Assembly (NCBI GenBank): GCA_964016885.1
Contig: OZ024747.1
Span: 82,088,001 to 82,152,000 of the forward strand
Direction: 5' to 3'
DNA: 64,000 bases
Source of the DNA: Eledone cirrhosa
Taxonomy: Eukaryota
Part shown: one piece after another, positions 1-14,250 of the stretch
Numbering within the stretch: the first letter of the stretch is position 1
Layout: each line of letters starts with the position of its first letter
Made by a program: the position numbers and the translations under genes
The notes under the pieces: model-generated
What the model was told of the DNA's origin: nothing
Databases searched by the model: none
What the model saw: only the letters and a program-made list of their open reading frames with translations

Positions 1-590
1 GCTTACCTGTGATCCCACTACATCTTTTATGCACCCATACTTTGCATTTGGGACATAAAATGGAGTTTCTACCTACGCCTTTCCTACACACTGAGCATGG
101 CCATTTCCCCGATGGGACCGCCGCCTTATTTTCTTTCCTACAAACTAGAACTTTAGTCTTAGCCAGGTTAATTTTAAGGCCTTTTGATTCTAGGCCGTGC
201 TTCCACGTTTGGAATTTCTTCTCTAGTTCGGTCATTGATTCAGCTATGAGCGTTAGATCATCTGCGTATAGGAGTTCCCATGGGCAGCCGGTCTTGAACT
301 CCTCTGTTATAGCCTGAAGGGCAATAATAAATAGTAGGGGGCTAAGTACAGAGCCCTGATGGACACCAACTTTTACGCTAAACTCTTCACTATATTCGTT
401 GTTAATTCTAACCTTACTGACTGTTTCTTTATACATGGCTTGTATAGCTCTCACAAGCCATTCGTCAACACCTAGTTTTCTAAGAGACCACCAGATAATG
501 GAACGGGGGACTCTGTCGAAGGCTTTCTCCAAGTCGACAAAAGCTAAGTATAGGGGTTTACTTTTAGCTAGGTACTTCTCCTGTAGTTGT
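1..590 (-). mobile_element. RTE LINE family A, 5'-truncated copy (RT region; continues beyond window start)
   Basis: Near-identical to 22991-23580 of the intact element; reverse strand encodes [28 protein letters not shown]; truncated 5' end abuts (TA)n at 591. Confidence 0.95.
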
Positions 591-972
<382 letters not shown>

Positions 973-1421
973 ACGTATAGTATATTATAAAAGTTTTATT
1001 GGTGTTCTGTTTAGTGTGTAAACACTATATAAATAAAACACCTTAATTACAACGATGAAATTCTTAGGTTGTCAGCAGGTCCAAATGATAGCTTAACACA
1101 CAAACAGTAACATAGTCTAGCTGATGGTATTATGTTTGTTGCAATAGATTAAGTTAATATCTCTTATAATTTGTTATTAATTCGATTAGATTTTTACGAA
1201 AAGTTAAGAAAGAATTAGAGGTGATTGTAAACAGAATATCTTAAAATGAAAAGCAATAAAAGTAGATTACACATACTCACACACATATATACAGGGTGTT
1301 CCAAAAAAATGTATACTTGCATGAAATGCACTAGATTTGATGCATTGTTGCAGCGACTAACACATAAATTTTAGATCTTGTCATTTTGTTTACATAGGCA
1401 TTCTATTTTGTTTTATTTCAA

Positions 1422-1734
1422 ACATGTGAGAGAGAAACTGTGTATAAGTGAGATAGGCTGTAGTGTGCGGGAGAGAAGACTGCGTTGGTATGGACATGTG
1501 ATGCGCATGGAGGATGACCGCTGGGTAAAGAAGTGCCAAGAAATCCCAGTAGAAGGAAGACGCAGTAGAGGAAGACCACGAAAGACATGGGCGGAGGTGG
1601 TGAGAGCAGACCTCAGATCGCTGAAGCTCACGGAGGAGATGACAAAGGACCGTGATGAATGGAGAGATACCGTGCTTAATAGGACCCGTCCCACCCTTGC
1701 AAGCAGGGAAAAGCAGACGTAAAATGATGATGAT
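1422..1734 (+). mobile_element. RTE LINE family B 3' fragment with (GAT)n tail
   Basis: Encodes [14 protein letters not shown]...GRPRKTW; ends cccacccttgcaagcagggaaaagcagacgtaaaatgatgatga. The same end recurs at 2512-2678(-), 19205-19257(+), 42590-42650(+), 48972-49027(-), 53536-53660(-). Confidence 0.9.
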
Positions 1735-1999
1735 TTAAAAGAAAGATAAAAGCAAATTATTGAAAATACTGCATGGTTATATTTCTATAATTCATTGCTG
1801 TCAGTGATCGTACACTTGCCTTTAATTTCCAGCTTATGTTTGACAGCCTCTTCCACTAGATGAACACTACAAATATGTCAGGATAAGATTTGTAAGAGTT
1901 ATAGATGCAACTTTTCAGATATTACACATAGCAATTTCTGTAATATCTTTTTGAGTAAACTTTATCTAAAGCTTTTGAATGAGATGGTATGATTGTATA

Positions 2000-2320
2000 T
2001 GAACAATAAAACACACATTGAGCTGAGAGAAAAACTAGGTATAAAAATAATCAGATGTAGAATGCAGAAGAGAAGGTCTCACTGGAATGACATGCAATGT
2101 GTATGGATGATGATTGTTGGGTAAAGAAGTGGTAGAAGTGTTAATTGGAATAAAAAAGCTGTGAAAGTAGAAGACCAAGAAAGACGTGGGTAGTGGTAGT
2201 GAAATCTGATCCCAAGAATCTGAACATCACAATGAAAATGACAAAGGAAAGAAACAAGTGGGGAAGTGTTGTACTAGTCTAGTCAATACGAGAATTGAAA
2301 AAAGAATGTGATGATGATGG
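2000..2320 (+). mobile_element. Decayed RTE 3' fragment
   Basis: Degenerate match to the RTE C-terminal region (ctgagagaaaaactagg...agaccaagaaagacgtgg) followed by a gatgat tail. Confidence 0.6.
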
Positions 2321-2511
2321 CGATGTGAGCAATCTTTGATGTTATAGTCATTGCATAAGATATCCCTTTAAGTCCTGAAACATGCACTAATCTGAATCAG
2401 CAGCATTTGGTTCAATTCTTTTCTACTGTGGAGCCTACATAAAGAGCTGCTCATCATATTTACCAATATATACTATAGCAACAAGATCAATTGTGAATAT
2501 GAAATCATTAT

Positions 2512-2678
2512 ATCATCATCATCATCATTTTACGTCTGCTTTTTCCCTGCTTGCAAGGGTGGGGCGGGTCCTATTAAGCGCAGCATCTCTCCATTTATCA
2601 TGGTCCTTTGTCATCTCCTCCGTGAGCATCTGAGGTCTGCTCTCACCACCTCCACCCATGTCTTTCGTGGTCTTCCTA
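2512..2678 (-). mobile_element. RTE family B 3' fragment
   Basis: Reverse complement of the 1570-1734 end, with (CAT)n. Confidence 0.85.
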
Positions 2679-3219
2679 AGTTGAATTCTGATGTACTATC
2701 TTCATTTTGGTAAACTCAGTAATTTATTTGCTGTCACTTTGCTGGTGTCTTCCACAACCTTTTATTGTATGAATATTTCCCCCTATGTTTGTCTTTCCAT
2801 TATAATGACACCAATTAGGCTGCTGGTAATGTTTGTATATGTTGTGCATAAACAATATGTCCCACAGCTTTGTGGGCTTGATGTACAAAGCTCAGCACCA
2901 TATTTATAAGAAGTAAGATTAAGCACCAGTAAGGGTTATAAAAAGTAACTTGTGTAAACAATGCATGCATGGAAAAGTAGACGAAAATACAATAGAGCTG
3001 GTGTCGCAATAATAAACACACAGTATAATCAGCAAAGTAGTTGGCATTTGGAAGAGCAACAAGCTATAGAAACCATGTCAAAAATAGAATGTATGAGTAA
3101 GAGGTTGTTTCCGATCCATGATGAACCTATCTAACTCAAGTCAGCATGGGAAGTGAGTGTAAATGATGATGATGGTGATGATGATGATGATGATTGATGA
3201 TGATCATCATCATCATGGT

Positions 3220-3397
3220 AATAATTGTTTCTACTTTTGGCACAAGGTCGGCAATTACTGGTACTTTATTTTATCGACCCCGTAAGGATGAGTAAGGCAA
3301 AGTTAACCTCGGCGGGATTTGAACTCAGACGGTAAAGGGCCGTAACTATGCTGCAAAGCATGGTGTCCGACTCTCTACTGATACTGCCAATCCACCA
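3220..3397 (-). mobile_element. tRNA-derived SINE (main family in this window)
   Basis: Reverse strand: ggtggattggcagtatc (A-box-like), gagttcaaatccc (B box), conserved core catccttacggggtcgataaaataaagtaccag. Confidence 0.88.
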
Positions 3398-3789
3398 TGA
3401 TCATGGTAATAATGATGATGTGGGGAGGAGGGGGAATAAAAGAGAATTCTTCCATTCTAGCCAACATGTGTGAACATAAATTTAAAAATTAAACTATGAA
3501 AATAAATTGTAACACTAAATTGTAGTTGATCATTTAGTCACCACAGAAATGTTCATTTTCACATTGAATACAGTAAGAAAATAAAAATAATCTGTATGAC
3601 GGAGCCCAACTTTCTCCAGGCCTTTGCCAATAACTATAAATCAGAACCACAACTTGTAATTGAGGCAAAATTACTCAATTGGGAATTAAACCTGCATTTC
3701 AGACATGATTTTCTGGGAGATTGCCATCACTGTACTAGCTTTTACAATAAACATGGAAAAAAAATCAGACATCAGTATAATAACGATGA

Positions 3790-4646
3790 GGGTGATGGTG
3801 GTGGTGGTGGAAGTGGTGGTGGTAGTGGTGGTGCTGGTGTTGGTGGTGGTGCCGGTGGTAGTAGTGGTGGTAGTGATGGTAGTGGTAGTGGTGGTGGTAG
3901 TGGTGGTGGTGGCGATGGTAGTGATGGTAGTGGTAGTGGTGGTGGTGGTGGTGCCGGTGGTAGTGGTGCTGGTGGTGCTGGTGCTGGTGGTGATGGTAGT
4001 GGTGGTGATGGTGGTGGTGCAGGTGGTGGTGGTGATGGTAGTGATGCTAGTGGTGGTAGTAGTGGTGGTGCTGATGGTGCAGATAGTGGTGGTGCTGATG
4101 GTGCAGGTGGTGGTGGTGGTGGTGGTGATGGTAGTGGTGGTGCAAGTGGTGGTAGTAGTGATGCTAGTGGTGGGTGGTGTTGGTGGTGGTGTCGATGGTA
4201 GTGGTGGTGCTGGTGGTGGTAGTAGTGATGCTGGTGGTGGTCGTGTTGATGGTGTTGATGGTGGTGTTGTTGATGGTGCTGCTGCTTATAGAGATGATGG
4301 TGGTTGTGATGATGGTGGTGGTGGGTTTTTTGGTGCTGCTGCTGCTGTTGATGGTGCTGCAGTTGGTGATGGTGGTGGTGGTGGTGGTGGCGGTGGCGTG
4401 AATATCGATGATGTGGTGATAATTATGATGACTATGTTAGTGATGATAATTATGATGGTAACAACAACAATGATGATGATGATGATGAGGGTGATAATAA
4501 TGTGAAATGTTAATGCTAGTAATGATGGTGATGATGGTGATGGTGATAATTATGACCACAAAGATGGTGATGACTATAGTATTAATGAAAATGGTGCTCA
4601 TGGCTTGATGATGGTGAAGTGATGAAAAAGAGAGTTATGATTATAT

Positions 4647-4677
<31 letters not shown>

Positions 4678-4680
4678 AAT
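3790..4680. repeat. (GGT)n / (GAT)n low-complexity tract
   Basis: Direct inspection; produces the Gly-rich and Val-rich ORFs. Confidence 0.9.
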
Positions 4681-5017
4681 AATCATTGGTATTCATCGGT
4701 CACACTATGTGAGTTTAAATCTATCTATTTCATTACATCTGCAGATTGAACATGACATTATTTTCGAAAAATTAATAATAATGAAAATGTAAATTTCCTA
4801 AAAATAACCTTTAATACTTCATATAATTTTACCCTGGCGATGTTAGACTAAAGTTGTGAAGATAATGAAGATAATGAGAAACAGCTGATAACTTGTGGTT
4901 GTGGTAAATTACAGCTTTTGACTAACATACACAAACATACAGACATACACACACACACACACAAATATATATACACACAAATACACACAAATACACACAC
5001 ACATATATATATATATA

Positions 5018-5226
5018 ATCATCATCATCATCATCACCGTTTTACGTCCGTTCTTCCAGGCTAGCATGGGTTAGACGGGTTGTCCTGTTGTGGGCAGTGC
5101 CCGGTCGGCTGACCTTGTCTTGTTCATATGGGAACTGATTCTGGCTTGATTTCTACAGCTGGATGCCCTTCCTAACACCAACCTCATTCACAGTGAGTGC
5201 TGGGTTCTTTTTTTCCGTGGTGCCTC
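5018..5226 (-). mobile_element. RTE family C 3' UTR fragment (or derived SINE)
   Basis: Reverse complement of 16100-16305, including ggttggtgttaggaagggcatccagct and the (GAT)n tail; TA-flanked. Confidence 0.8.
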
Positions 5227-5251
5227 CATGTATATATATATATATATATAT

Positions 5252-5653
5252 ATGCTTCAATAAAAAAATTAGGCCAGATCCAAATATTTCTTTAATGTTG
5301 CAAAATTAACAATACATATTTCTATGGTCGACTGGCTTATGTCATCAGATCATGATGTAAAACATGGGATGTCACCAGGTGTAATGCACAAAGACTGAAT
5401 AACCAATCACTGGATTGCAGCAAAATATAAACAAAGAATAGAATTCATACAAAGGTGGTCTGCCAGTCAGTGCCATCACTGTGACAGAGGGCTGATTGAT
5501 TACTTAATCTTTGTGAAGTACACCTGATGATGTCACCACATGTATTGTGTCATGATCTGTTGGTCTGAGCCATCTGACCATAGAAATATATATTCTAAAT
5601 TTTGCAACATTAACAAATATTTGGAATATGGTCTTCTTTTGTCATTGAAGCAT
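5252..5653. mobile_element. MITE-like element with ~130-bp imperfect terminal inverted repeats
   Basis: atgcttcaa...ccaaatatt...aatgttgcaaaatt...atatttctatggtc...cagatcatga...caggtgta is mirrored at 5519-5653. Confidence 0.65.
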
Positions 5654-6665
5654 TTAACTCTGTTCCTGCATCAATAACGAGATACCACATATATGATAAG
5701 TGATACGTATTTTGCTGAGTGCCTTTGCTTAATGCATTATGATCTGCTAATTGGAATGACTAGATCTTCCCATTAGCTAAACTATCCAACATAAATGGCA
5801 TAATTACAGAGAAAGGAAGTTAAACTGATGTATCCATTTATATATGTAATGTAAAATGTATTGAATCAAATTACAAATACCCTGTCAAAGAATGATTCCT
5901 TATATTAACGACAATTATCCTTTGTGTCTGAAAGAATATATTTAAAACAAGGCAGGGAAATGTTTGCAAAATATGATTCCAGCTGACATGGATTGGAGGA
6001 AAAAATTATATTTCTTCTCAACGAATTGAGCTTATGTCTTTTTTAATACTTATACCAAAATGTCATCATACTGTGATTACAAAGAGAGCGGTGAAGAAAA
6101 AGTATATTTGAATGGAACCATTTTCTTAATGTGGCAGGGCTAGAGTTAGACCTTGGGGACCTTGGGCAGTTGAGTTTTGGTGGGACCCTCATATAATATT
6201 AACAAGTGCTTTAAGGCCATTTTTTCTACTAAAGGTTGACCTTACAGGGCCTATGACAAGCTTCTACACTTTGCCATATTGACTGTTTTCTCCCCCCAAC
6301 AATACTTTAGCTTTCATTTCCCTCACCGTTATCACCAGTCATGTATATTCTGATCTTCCCCCTTTTCTATATCCTCCCACATTCGATTCAATCACTCCTC
6401 TCCCCCAGTCACTTCCATCCTGCATCAGTTATTAGTTGTCGAGACACTACATCTTTTAAAATCTCCATGCTTCCTGAGATTTGCCAACACTACACCTGAT
6501 ATCCCCCCTGCATACACACGCACACATATATTTCATGACTCGTACACTGTTCATTTTCCTGACATTTGTACATTATTCTATGTACTAATGATGCACCTTC
6601 GATGAGTTGTAGTGCACCTGAGCACTGTACACAATAATTTCATTATTATTATTTTATTATTATTA

Positions 6666-6856
6666 GGGCGGTGGATTGGCAGTATCGGTAGAGGGTCGGT
6701 CGCCATGTTTTGAAGCATAGAGTTACCTCCCTTTATGATCTGAGTTCAAATCCCGCCGAGGTTAACTTTGCCTTTCATCCTTACAGGGTCGATAAAATAA
6801 AGTACCAGTAATACACTGGAATAATTGCTGGCCTTGTGCCAAAAGTAGAAACAATT
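6666..6856 (+). mobile_element. tRNA-derived SINE, full length
   Basis: ggcggtggattggcagtatcggtagag head, B box gagttcaaatccc, core, end gtgccaaaagtagaaacaatt. Confidence 0.92.
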
Positions 6857-6874
6857 ATTTTATTATTATTATCC

Positions 6875-7140
6875 TTCTTCTACACATAATACAACCATCT
6901 CATTCCATTTCTTCTCACAATATCCATCACTGGTTCTATCCTCATCAACCTCTGTAGTTCAACTTTGGTTAACCTCTTTCTAAGCAATACTCCACTTCAT
7001 CTTATATTCTGTGTGATGAACATCTATCATCTGTGTCATGCAGACATAAATCATGGCATTTCTCACACTGCTTACATCTTTCCCTTCAGTTTCAATGACA
7101 TTCCTCTCCTCATTAACATGCCACTCACTTTCCAAAACTT
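6875..7140 (-). mobile_element. Decayed RTE RT/thumb fragment
   Basis: Degenerate similarity to the reverse complement of the RTE KFRE...LKLKG...CV region. Confidence 0.5.
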
Positions 7141-8529
7141 CTAATTCTTGTGTCTGTGTCTCTCATAAATAAAATTTTAAATACACAGCAAATTACCAAA
7201 TTGACATATTAAAGTACATTTAGTGTGCGAAATGTTAATTGATAATTTATACATAGGAAATTGAAATGCAAAACACTGACTTCCTCATTATTATCAGGTG
7301 CTTAGAATATAATATAATAAAGGTTTTTTCATACAATTATGATGGAAAGGTTTTAAATAAATTTAAACACTTTAAAACAGTTTTGTTTTGTAGAATCAGT
7401 TTTAGGTGGTTTGGTATGATACTGTAATTCACTGGAAAGGTTAGATTTCAATTTTCAACAGCTAAAATACGCTTATGTTAAGATATATTTTATTAAATTC
7501 TCGTAAAGGTAACTAATTTATTTACATATTTAGAAAAAGAGATGGGAGAAGAAGAAGGGGAAAGAGAAAGACAGCAGAGACTGAATAGAAGGAAAAGGTT
7601 TGAATTTCTTCAAATACACCAGTCCACTACCAGGTCATTATGTCAAATGATTGAGACAGCAAAGGAATGGTCATTCTGTACATAGACACACACATACACA
7701 CAGCTGTTGAATAATTGTAAATCTGCGGTCTATGATTTTACTATTACTTTTATGATCACTACAAAGTATACAAGCAATACACCTCTAATTCTACTATCCC
7801 TATACTGAAGATGAGATCTTGAAACAATATTGTTCCAAATCAAACAAAGAACTATGAAAAATTATATATAAGTACGATCAAACTTGAGCACAGAGAATTT
7901 TGTGACAGAGTGAGAATTTATAGTGAGCATACAGTTTTTAATTTCAATAGCAGGTCATTATGCTGGGTTTACTTTGGGTAAAGCCTCTTTTTTGCATATT
8001 TCCTCCTTATTTAGCAACATCCTAGAACAACAGTTTTATGACACTTTCATTTAGGAAGCAGTGTGTGAGCATGATACTATCATTTCTACATATATTTCCA
8101 TAATGACGTCTTAATACAAACAAGTATATAGATTTACAATTCAGAAATCTCATGCCACTGATTGTCTTGTTGCAGTACAAGATAGGTTCATTTCTGTTAA
8201 GCTAAAAATATAATTTTAATTTTACATTATTTTTTCTTCATCAGCAAATTATCATTAATAATCTGTTTACTTATTTCTTGAGAAGCTTATTGAATGAATA
8301 ATATTGTATATTCTTATTGTTAAAGCCTTTTGTACGAAAATATGTTTTCTAACTAGCTATTTTTTGTTCAGTAGTGCATAAACATTTGTATCTATACATA
8401 CTCAGACATACAAATACACACACACATACACATATACATAGCCAAAAGAGTATTTGCAGAGACATACACATAGAATTGTATATATATATATAGATATAGA
8501 TATAGATAGATGCTTGTGTGTGTGTGTGA

Positions 8530-8572
<43 letters not shown>

Positions 8573-9389
8573 CGTATATATATATCTATATCTATGTATA
8601 TATATATATGTCTCTGTAGTATATATATATGTATATATATGAATATCATCATCATCATCATCATCGTTTAATGTATATATATGAATATATGTATATATGT
8701 ATATGTAGGTGTATATGTATATATTTATACATATATGTTAATACATATATGTATACATAAATATGTGCTTACACACACACACATATATATATATGTATAT
8801 ATGCATACATATATAAACAAAGCTATATTTACATGATTAAATATATATATATATATTCTCAAATATAATCTACATACACAAATGCTCTCTTTCTCTTTTC
8901 CCCCTCTATGTTTGTCTCTTTTTCTCTCACTCATCCATATATACAAAACATTAAAAAAAAAAGTCTGGTGTCTCTGACAGCCTATATCTAATGAGTTTAT
9001 TTATATTCTTTGTCGCAACAGATGTTTCAATCAGGATTCTCAACAGCAACACAATTTACAAGACTTCTTTCACTTATCATATATAAGAATCTCCCTTTGG
9101 TCTTTATTAAGAATATATTTTTTACTATTTCTCTATCTTCTCTCTCTTTTAATTTCACTCTACTTTTATCTTGCTCTCTCACTCTCTCATTCCCACTAAA
9201 CATCATCATCATTGTCATCATCATCATTTAACGTCCATCTTCCACGCGAGCATGGGTTATATTGTTATATTTGGGGAGGGTCATACTGTTATAATATTGC
9301 CAGAAATAATAACAGAATAAGTTATTGAATAAGTTTATATTATTGAGGCTCTTACTAATAACTACTCCAGACTTACTAATAACTACTCC

Positions 9390-9450
9390 AGACTTTGTAT
9401 GTAGCAGGGCACAGGAGTAGTACTCCTGTGCCCTGCTACATACAAAGTCT
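9390..9450. repeat. Perfect 30-bp-arm palindrome with 1-nt spacer
   Basis: agactttgtatgtagcagggcacaggagta-g-tactcctgtgccctgctacatacaaagtct. Confidence 0.95.
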
Positions 9451-9785
9451 ACATTTATATATAACTTTCTATCTCTCCCTTTAATTTTTATGAATGATGG
9501 AGTTGGAAATGAAGGCAGTGGAATTGGTGAGGGGAGGATGCAGATAATAAGGCAAAAAGGAACAGAGTATCATGAGGCCAATAAGACAAACCCCAGCTCT
9601 ACTAGGGAAAATGGTCATAGAATGCTTATTGTTGAGTTTGTTTGCTTTTGCCTTCAGCTTTTACTCTCTACTCAAGAAAAAATATCATTTAATCTTTTTT
9701 TATTTAGGAAGTGTATGTTGACTCTCTGTTGACATTGTTTCATATGCATCAAATATGTTTGATTCCACATACGATGCTTAAGGAA

Positions 9786-9977
9786 ATAATTGTTTCTACT
9801 TTTGGCACAAGGCCAGCAATTACCCAGTGCATTACTGGTACTTTATTTTATCGACTCCGTAAGGATGAAAGGCAAAGTTAACCTCAGCGATATTTGAACT
9901 CAGAATGGCAAAGACCATAACTCTATGCGTCAAAGCATGGCGTCCGACCCTCTACCGATACTGCCAATCCACCGCCC
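9786..9977 (-). mobile_element. tRNA-derived SINE, full length
   Basis: Reverse complement of 6666-6856. Confidence 0.92.
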
Positions 9978-10726
9978 TTAAGGAAATAATATTTCAATGT
10001 TTGATAGTATTTTAATAGTTAAACATTTAAATGTTTTTTTGCTAGAGAAATTTTTCATACTGGTAAAGTTGGACCTGGTTATGATCAAACCTGGGTAGCA
10101 ATCCACTTCAACATAAGTGAATATGTATTTAGTCAACCATGATAAAGGAAGAGCTATGATTAGAAGTATTCCAGCCATGACCATCCAGTCTGTTTAGGAC
10201 TATTTTAGAACTACATTATCTAATATGTTCTGTTTTCATTTAAGCCAGAAATTTCTGATTTATGGAAATAAATATACATTGCTTGAATGGCCTGAGTAAA
10301 TTTGGATAGAGTTCATTATTGTCTGGATACAAAAGTAAAGTTTCACATTCTGCAATAGTATTTGCTTGCCAATACCAAGATTGGGAGACATCAGTCTTTG
10401 CTGTTATAGAATGAAGATAAAGATATATGATTAGTAATCTAACTGAAAACAGTGTGAAAATAAAGAAACCATCTCACTCCAATGCATGGCAAAGTTTGCC
10501 ACTTTACATCAGGAGCTCAAAAGGTGATCATAAGTTGATACATGATGACAAACATGTTTATGTAAAACATCACACTCCTATGTAAACACATGCACATTTT
10601 ATAGAAACAGCTAGTTATTTATCATATAGCATATATAACCACACAAGCACACATACACACAAGCACACATATATACACACACACACATAGTAGATTTGCT
10701 TGAATTCAAGTTAAAGACTGCAATAT

Positions 10727-10799
<73 letters not shown>

Positions 10800-10800
<1 letters not shown>

Positions 10801-11346
10801 TGGCTGCCAACTCGTTTTCGAGTACGACCACTACTTTATATCCATGTAGGAGAACCCCTACCGATGCGCTAAACAAGTGTGACTTTTTAGTCTAGCCAGC
10901 GACTTGAAAACTCTGGTACAAACACTACACATGTGACAATTATTGACACATCGTGCTGGGCCCATGGCACCATGTGACGACAAGTACAGAGAGATATCCA
11001 GATACAAAGCAATGCCTGTGCCGTGAAGCTTTTATAGTGAGCAAAGGCACTGCACAAAGCCAGTCCCACTCTCTTAACCAAGATCATATTTACCAAAAAG
11101 AAGAACAAGTCAACATCATTGGATACCATCAGGGTTGCAGGTGTTATATCAGAGTTTTCCTTCTCCTAGAATTCTGCCTTGACAAACGCTAAGGGGTCAT
11201 CTCTCCCGGTGATTTTGGATGGCCATTGACTCTTAAGAGCTCCTTTGCCCTTTGACAGGTTTTGTTTTTAGTCCTGCAGGATGTCCAAAGTCACCCTCCT
11301 CACCAAGAAACCTTGGTGGGTTGCCAGTTTAGTCGCCAACGACCCG
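10800..11346 (-). mobile_element. Probable RTE-type 5' region fragment between microsatellites
   Basis: GC-richer block bounded by (TA)n and (TACA)n; contains ctaggagaaggaaaactctg on the minus strand, which I recall from RTE 5' regions (unverified). Confidence 0.4.
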
Positions 11347-11489
11347 TATGTATACATACATACATACATACATACATACATACATACATACATACATACA
11401 TACATACATACATACATACATACATACATACATACATACATACATGCATACATACATATATATATATATATATACACATATATAGAAAT

Positions 11490-11541
11490 GGCTTCTACAA
11501 GACTAGAACTGTTTCATTCAGAGGAAATCATCAGGAAAGCC
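11490..11541 (-). ncRNA. Hammerhead ribozyme, type I (family H1)
   Basis: Minus strand: ggctttc CTGATGA tttcctctgaat GAAA cag ttctagtc ttg TA gaagcc. Confidence 0.7.
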
Positions 11542-11559
11542 CTATATATACATATATAT

Positions 11560-11612
11560 GAGTTTCAGAAGATCCCATTAAGGGTGAAAGCAGCGATTCT
11601 TTGATTAAACTT
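11560..11612 (+). ncRNA. Hammerhead-like motif with CAGAAGA core (family H2)
   Basis: gagttt CAGAAGA tccc atta agggt GAAA gca...tga TT aaactt; second copy at 51730-51782. Confidence 0.55.
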
Positions 11613-11631
11613 TAATCTGTTATTTTAATAA

Positions 11632-11675
<44 letters not shown>

Positions 11676-12203
11676 ATAACTACACATATATTAAACAGTA
11701 TATATATTTGTAAATAATAATTCAATAATTCATGCATGGAAACCAACAAGGAATTTCCTAAAAGGGACTTTTAAAATATAGTCATATCATTTGCTCACTG
11801 GTGAAGCATGCCATCCATTACAGGTTTATCACCACTTTTCCACACTGAAATCTAATATAGGGTTGTTTATCTTCAACTGAAAGACTTTACTACGTAATGA
11901 ATACATCACATAATTCAGTCAGAATCGGATTAGAGTTATGTAAATTATTCTTAATGTCTAACTATCAAGATATATACCAACTTGATTTGATGTACAGGCA
12001 AAAATTGATGCCCCCACCCCACCCCACATAGGATATAAATCAATTTCTAAGCTTAATTTGATTGTGAAAAGGTGTAATGCTTGAGTACTGTAGGGATTAG
12101 CATACATAGTCTGCTGAATATTTGCAGTTGTTATTCATGGAATAATTGTGTACAAATGTATATTGGTCATAATATAATTATTGTTATCATTATTAATAAA
12201 CAG

Positions 12204-12246
12204 CAAATTGATGAAGTCCTTAGAGCATTAGAGAGAACAACTAGTG
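12204..12246 (+). CDS. Candidate internal exon of an unknown host gene (QIDEVLRALERTTS)
   Basis: Acceptor ...aaacag, donor gtatgt, open frame in non-repeat DNA; no homology recognised. Confidence 0.3.
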
Positions 12247-12774
12247 GTATGTTGTTGTTTTGTGCTCTGATTGTATATCTTGCTGTGCTCACCTTTGCTT
12301 TTCTCCTATTGTCAATAAAATAATATATTAGTCCATGGATTGACAGAATTGTTAAAGTGGTAACTGTTTTGGCATTAAGTTCCAATTCCACCTGGTGATT
12401 CAACTCTCACAGATAAACAGTGCTAATTACCTGACTAAAAGTTCACAACTGCTTATGACAGCTGTAATGGATGGAAAAGAATTATGGATTTCTCCTCTCT
12501 GTTTCAAGTCTTACTAAGTTTTATTTTACTGGTTGATAAAATAAAGTTAATTGAGGTTAATTGGTAGAATTGTTTGAATAGCAGACAGAGACACCTTGCA
12601 GTGTCTGTTCTGGCAATTTACATTCTGAGTCCACTCAAGGATTCATATTTCACCATGTCCAGGGTTAATCACCTGACCACAACTTATTATACTGCATTGG
12701 CTAGAGGAGGATTGTGGCATTCTATTAGTATTATCAAACGATGAATATGATTATTATTGATATATACACATAAA

Positions 12775-12958
12775 GGCGGTGGATTGGCAGTATCGGTAGA
12801 GGGTCGGACGCCATGCTTTCCAGCATAGTTATGTCCCTTTACGATCTGAGTTCAAATCCCGCCGAGGTTGACTTTGCCTTTCATCCTTACGGGGTCGATA
12901 AAATAAAGTACCAGTAATGCAGTAATTGCTGACCTTGTGCCTAAAGTAGAAACAATTA
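12775..12958 (+). mobile_element. tRNA-derived SINE, full length
   Basis: Same family as 6666-6856. Confidence 0.92.
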
Positions 12959-13289
12959 TTGATATATACACACAAATCTTAGCTGCTATATATAATTTAT
13001 ACATACACTCAAACAACTGTACTACATAAGAGCTATATATTGTCTCTTTCCTAGTGTGAACCCTGATCAAGTAGACCTATCATCAAAGGTTTTCCAACTA
13101 TGATGATATCCCCAGTAGGTTATCTAGAAATACATTATCCAATATGTTCTTATTTTTGTGTGAGTAGGATGTAATTTCATGGAAATTTGGCTGGCATTTT
13201 TAGCAGGCTCTCCTCTTTATCTCTGGAGTTGATTTTGTAAGTATTTCTACATGTGTGAATTTGTACATGCACTTGTTAGTAGTTATGTG

Positions 13290-13500
13290 TTACATGTGAG
13301 GCCAATAAGGGAGTCTCTGTAGTTGTTTGCCTGCTAAGAATAACATCCAAATCTCCCTCAAAACACAACCTACAGTCAAAACACACTGGATGATATGGTC
13401 CTGTGCTACCTGAACATAGAAAAGAGACATGATAATCACAGCTGGAAATCCTTTGATCATAGTTCTGTTCAACATGGGTTGACCTGCAGCTAAACAACTA
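13290..13500 (-). repeat. Dispersed interspersed repeat (unclassified, SINE-like)
   Basis: Shared ...ctatgatcaaagg.ttccag...ctacattatccaat... motif with 10140-10240, 13050-13215, 44820-45000 and 60270-60460. Confidence 0.55.
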
Positions 13501-14059
13501 CATCAGCTAGATATTTATATTTACATATGGTAGTTGTTATATATCTATTCATATACATCAACCAGTTATAAATATTTGATACAGATTAATGAATAGATGT
13601 ATGTGTTTATATCTGTAAACATATATCTTCATGACTTGCTCACATATTTGCCTAAATACCTACACATCTGTTTGCTTACATAAATATCAATATAGCGATC
13701 TGCTACAATGTTTTCATAAATATTTATATAACCATCATCATTGTTTTTATGATCACTTTTCTATGCTGACATGCATTTGAATAAGATGGATTGAGGCAAT
13801 GTTTTACAGCTGGATGCCCTACATCATACCAACCTTTTTAGGTGCCTCTTAAGGTATGCAGGGATACTGTATTTCTATTCTAAAAATATAGACATGATGG
13901 CTTTGGACATCTCTTTGCTAATATATAGCTTTTTCTAGCATGTTCACATAAATATATCTATATATCTGTTTAATAACATGTATACATATATATATATATA
14001 TATATAACAGTTTACTAATACGTTTACATAAAGTTTGCTAGCCTTATATTGGTAAAACA

Positions 14060-14250
14060 TCTAGCAACATGCTTTGCAGCATATTGTTATGGACTTTTAC
14101 ATTATGAGTTCAAATCCCGCCGAGGTTAGCTTTGCCTTTTATCCTTACATGGTTGATAAAATAAAGTACCAGTAATGCACTGAGGTCGATTTAATTGACT
14201 TTTCCCCTTCCCTTCAAATTATTGGCTTTGTGCAAAATGTAGAAACTATT
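14060..14250 (+). mobile_element. tRNA-derived SINE, partial, variant tail
   Basis: B box and core, then gtcgatttaattgacttttcccc tail variant. Confidence 0.8.

Noticed and set aside
3596-4505. Gly/Ser-rich 201-aa and Val-rich 266-aa ORFs
   Set aside because: Explained by a (GGT)n tract that is open in several frames; no signal peptide, domain or clear exon structure, although a Gly-rich exon cannot be fully excluded
6666-6760. tRNA gene
   Set aside because: A/B-box head of a multi-copy SINE; no complete cloverleaf
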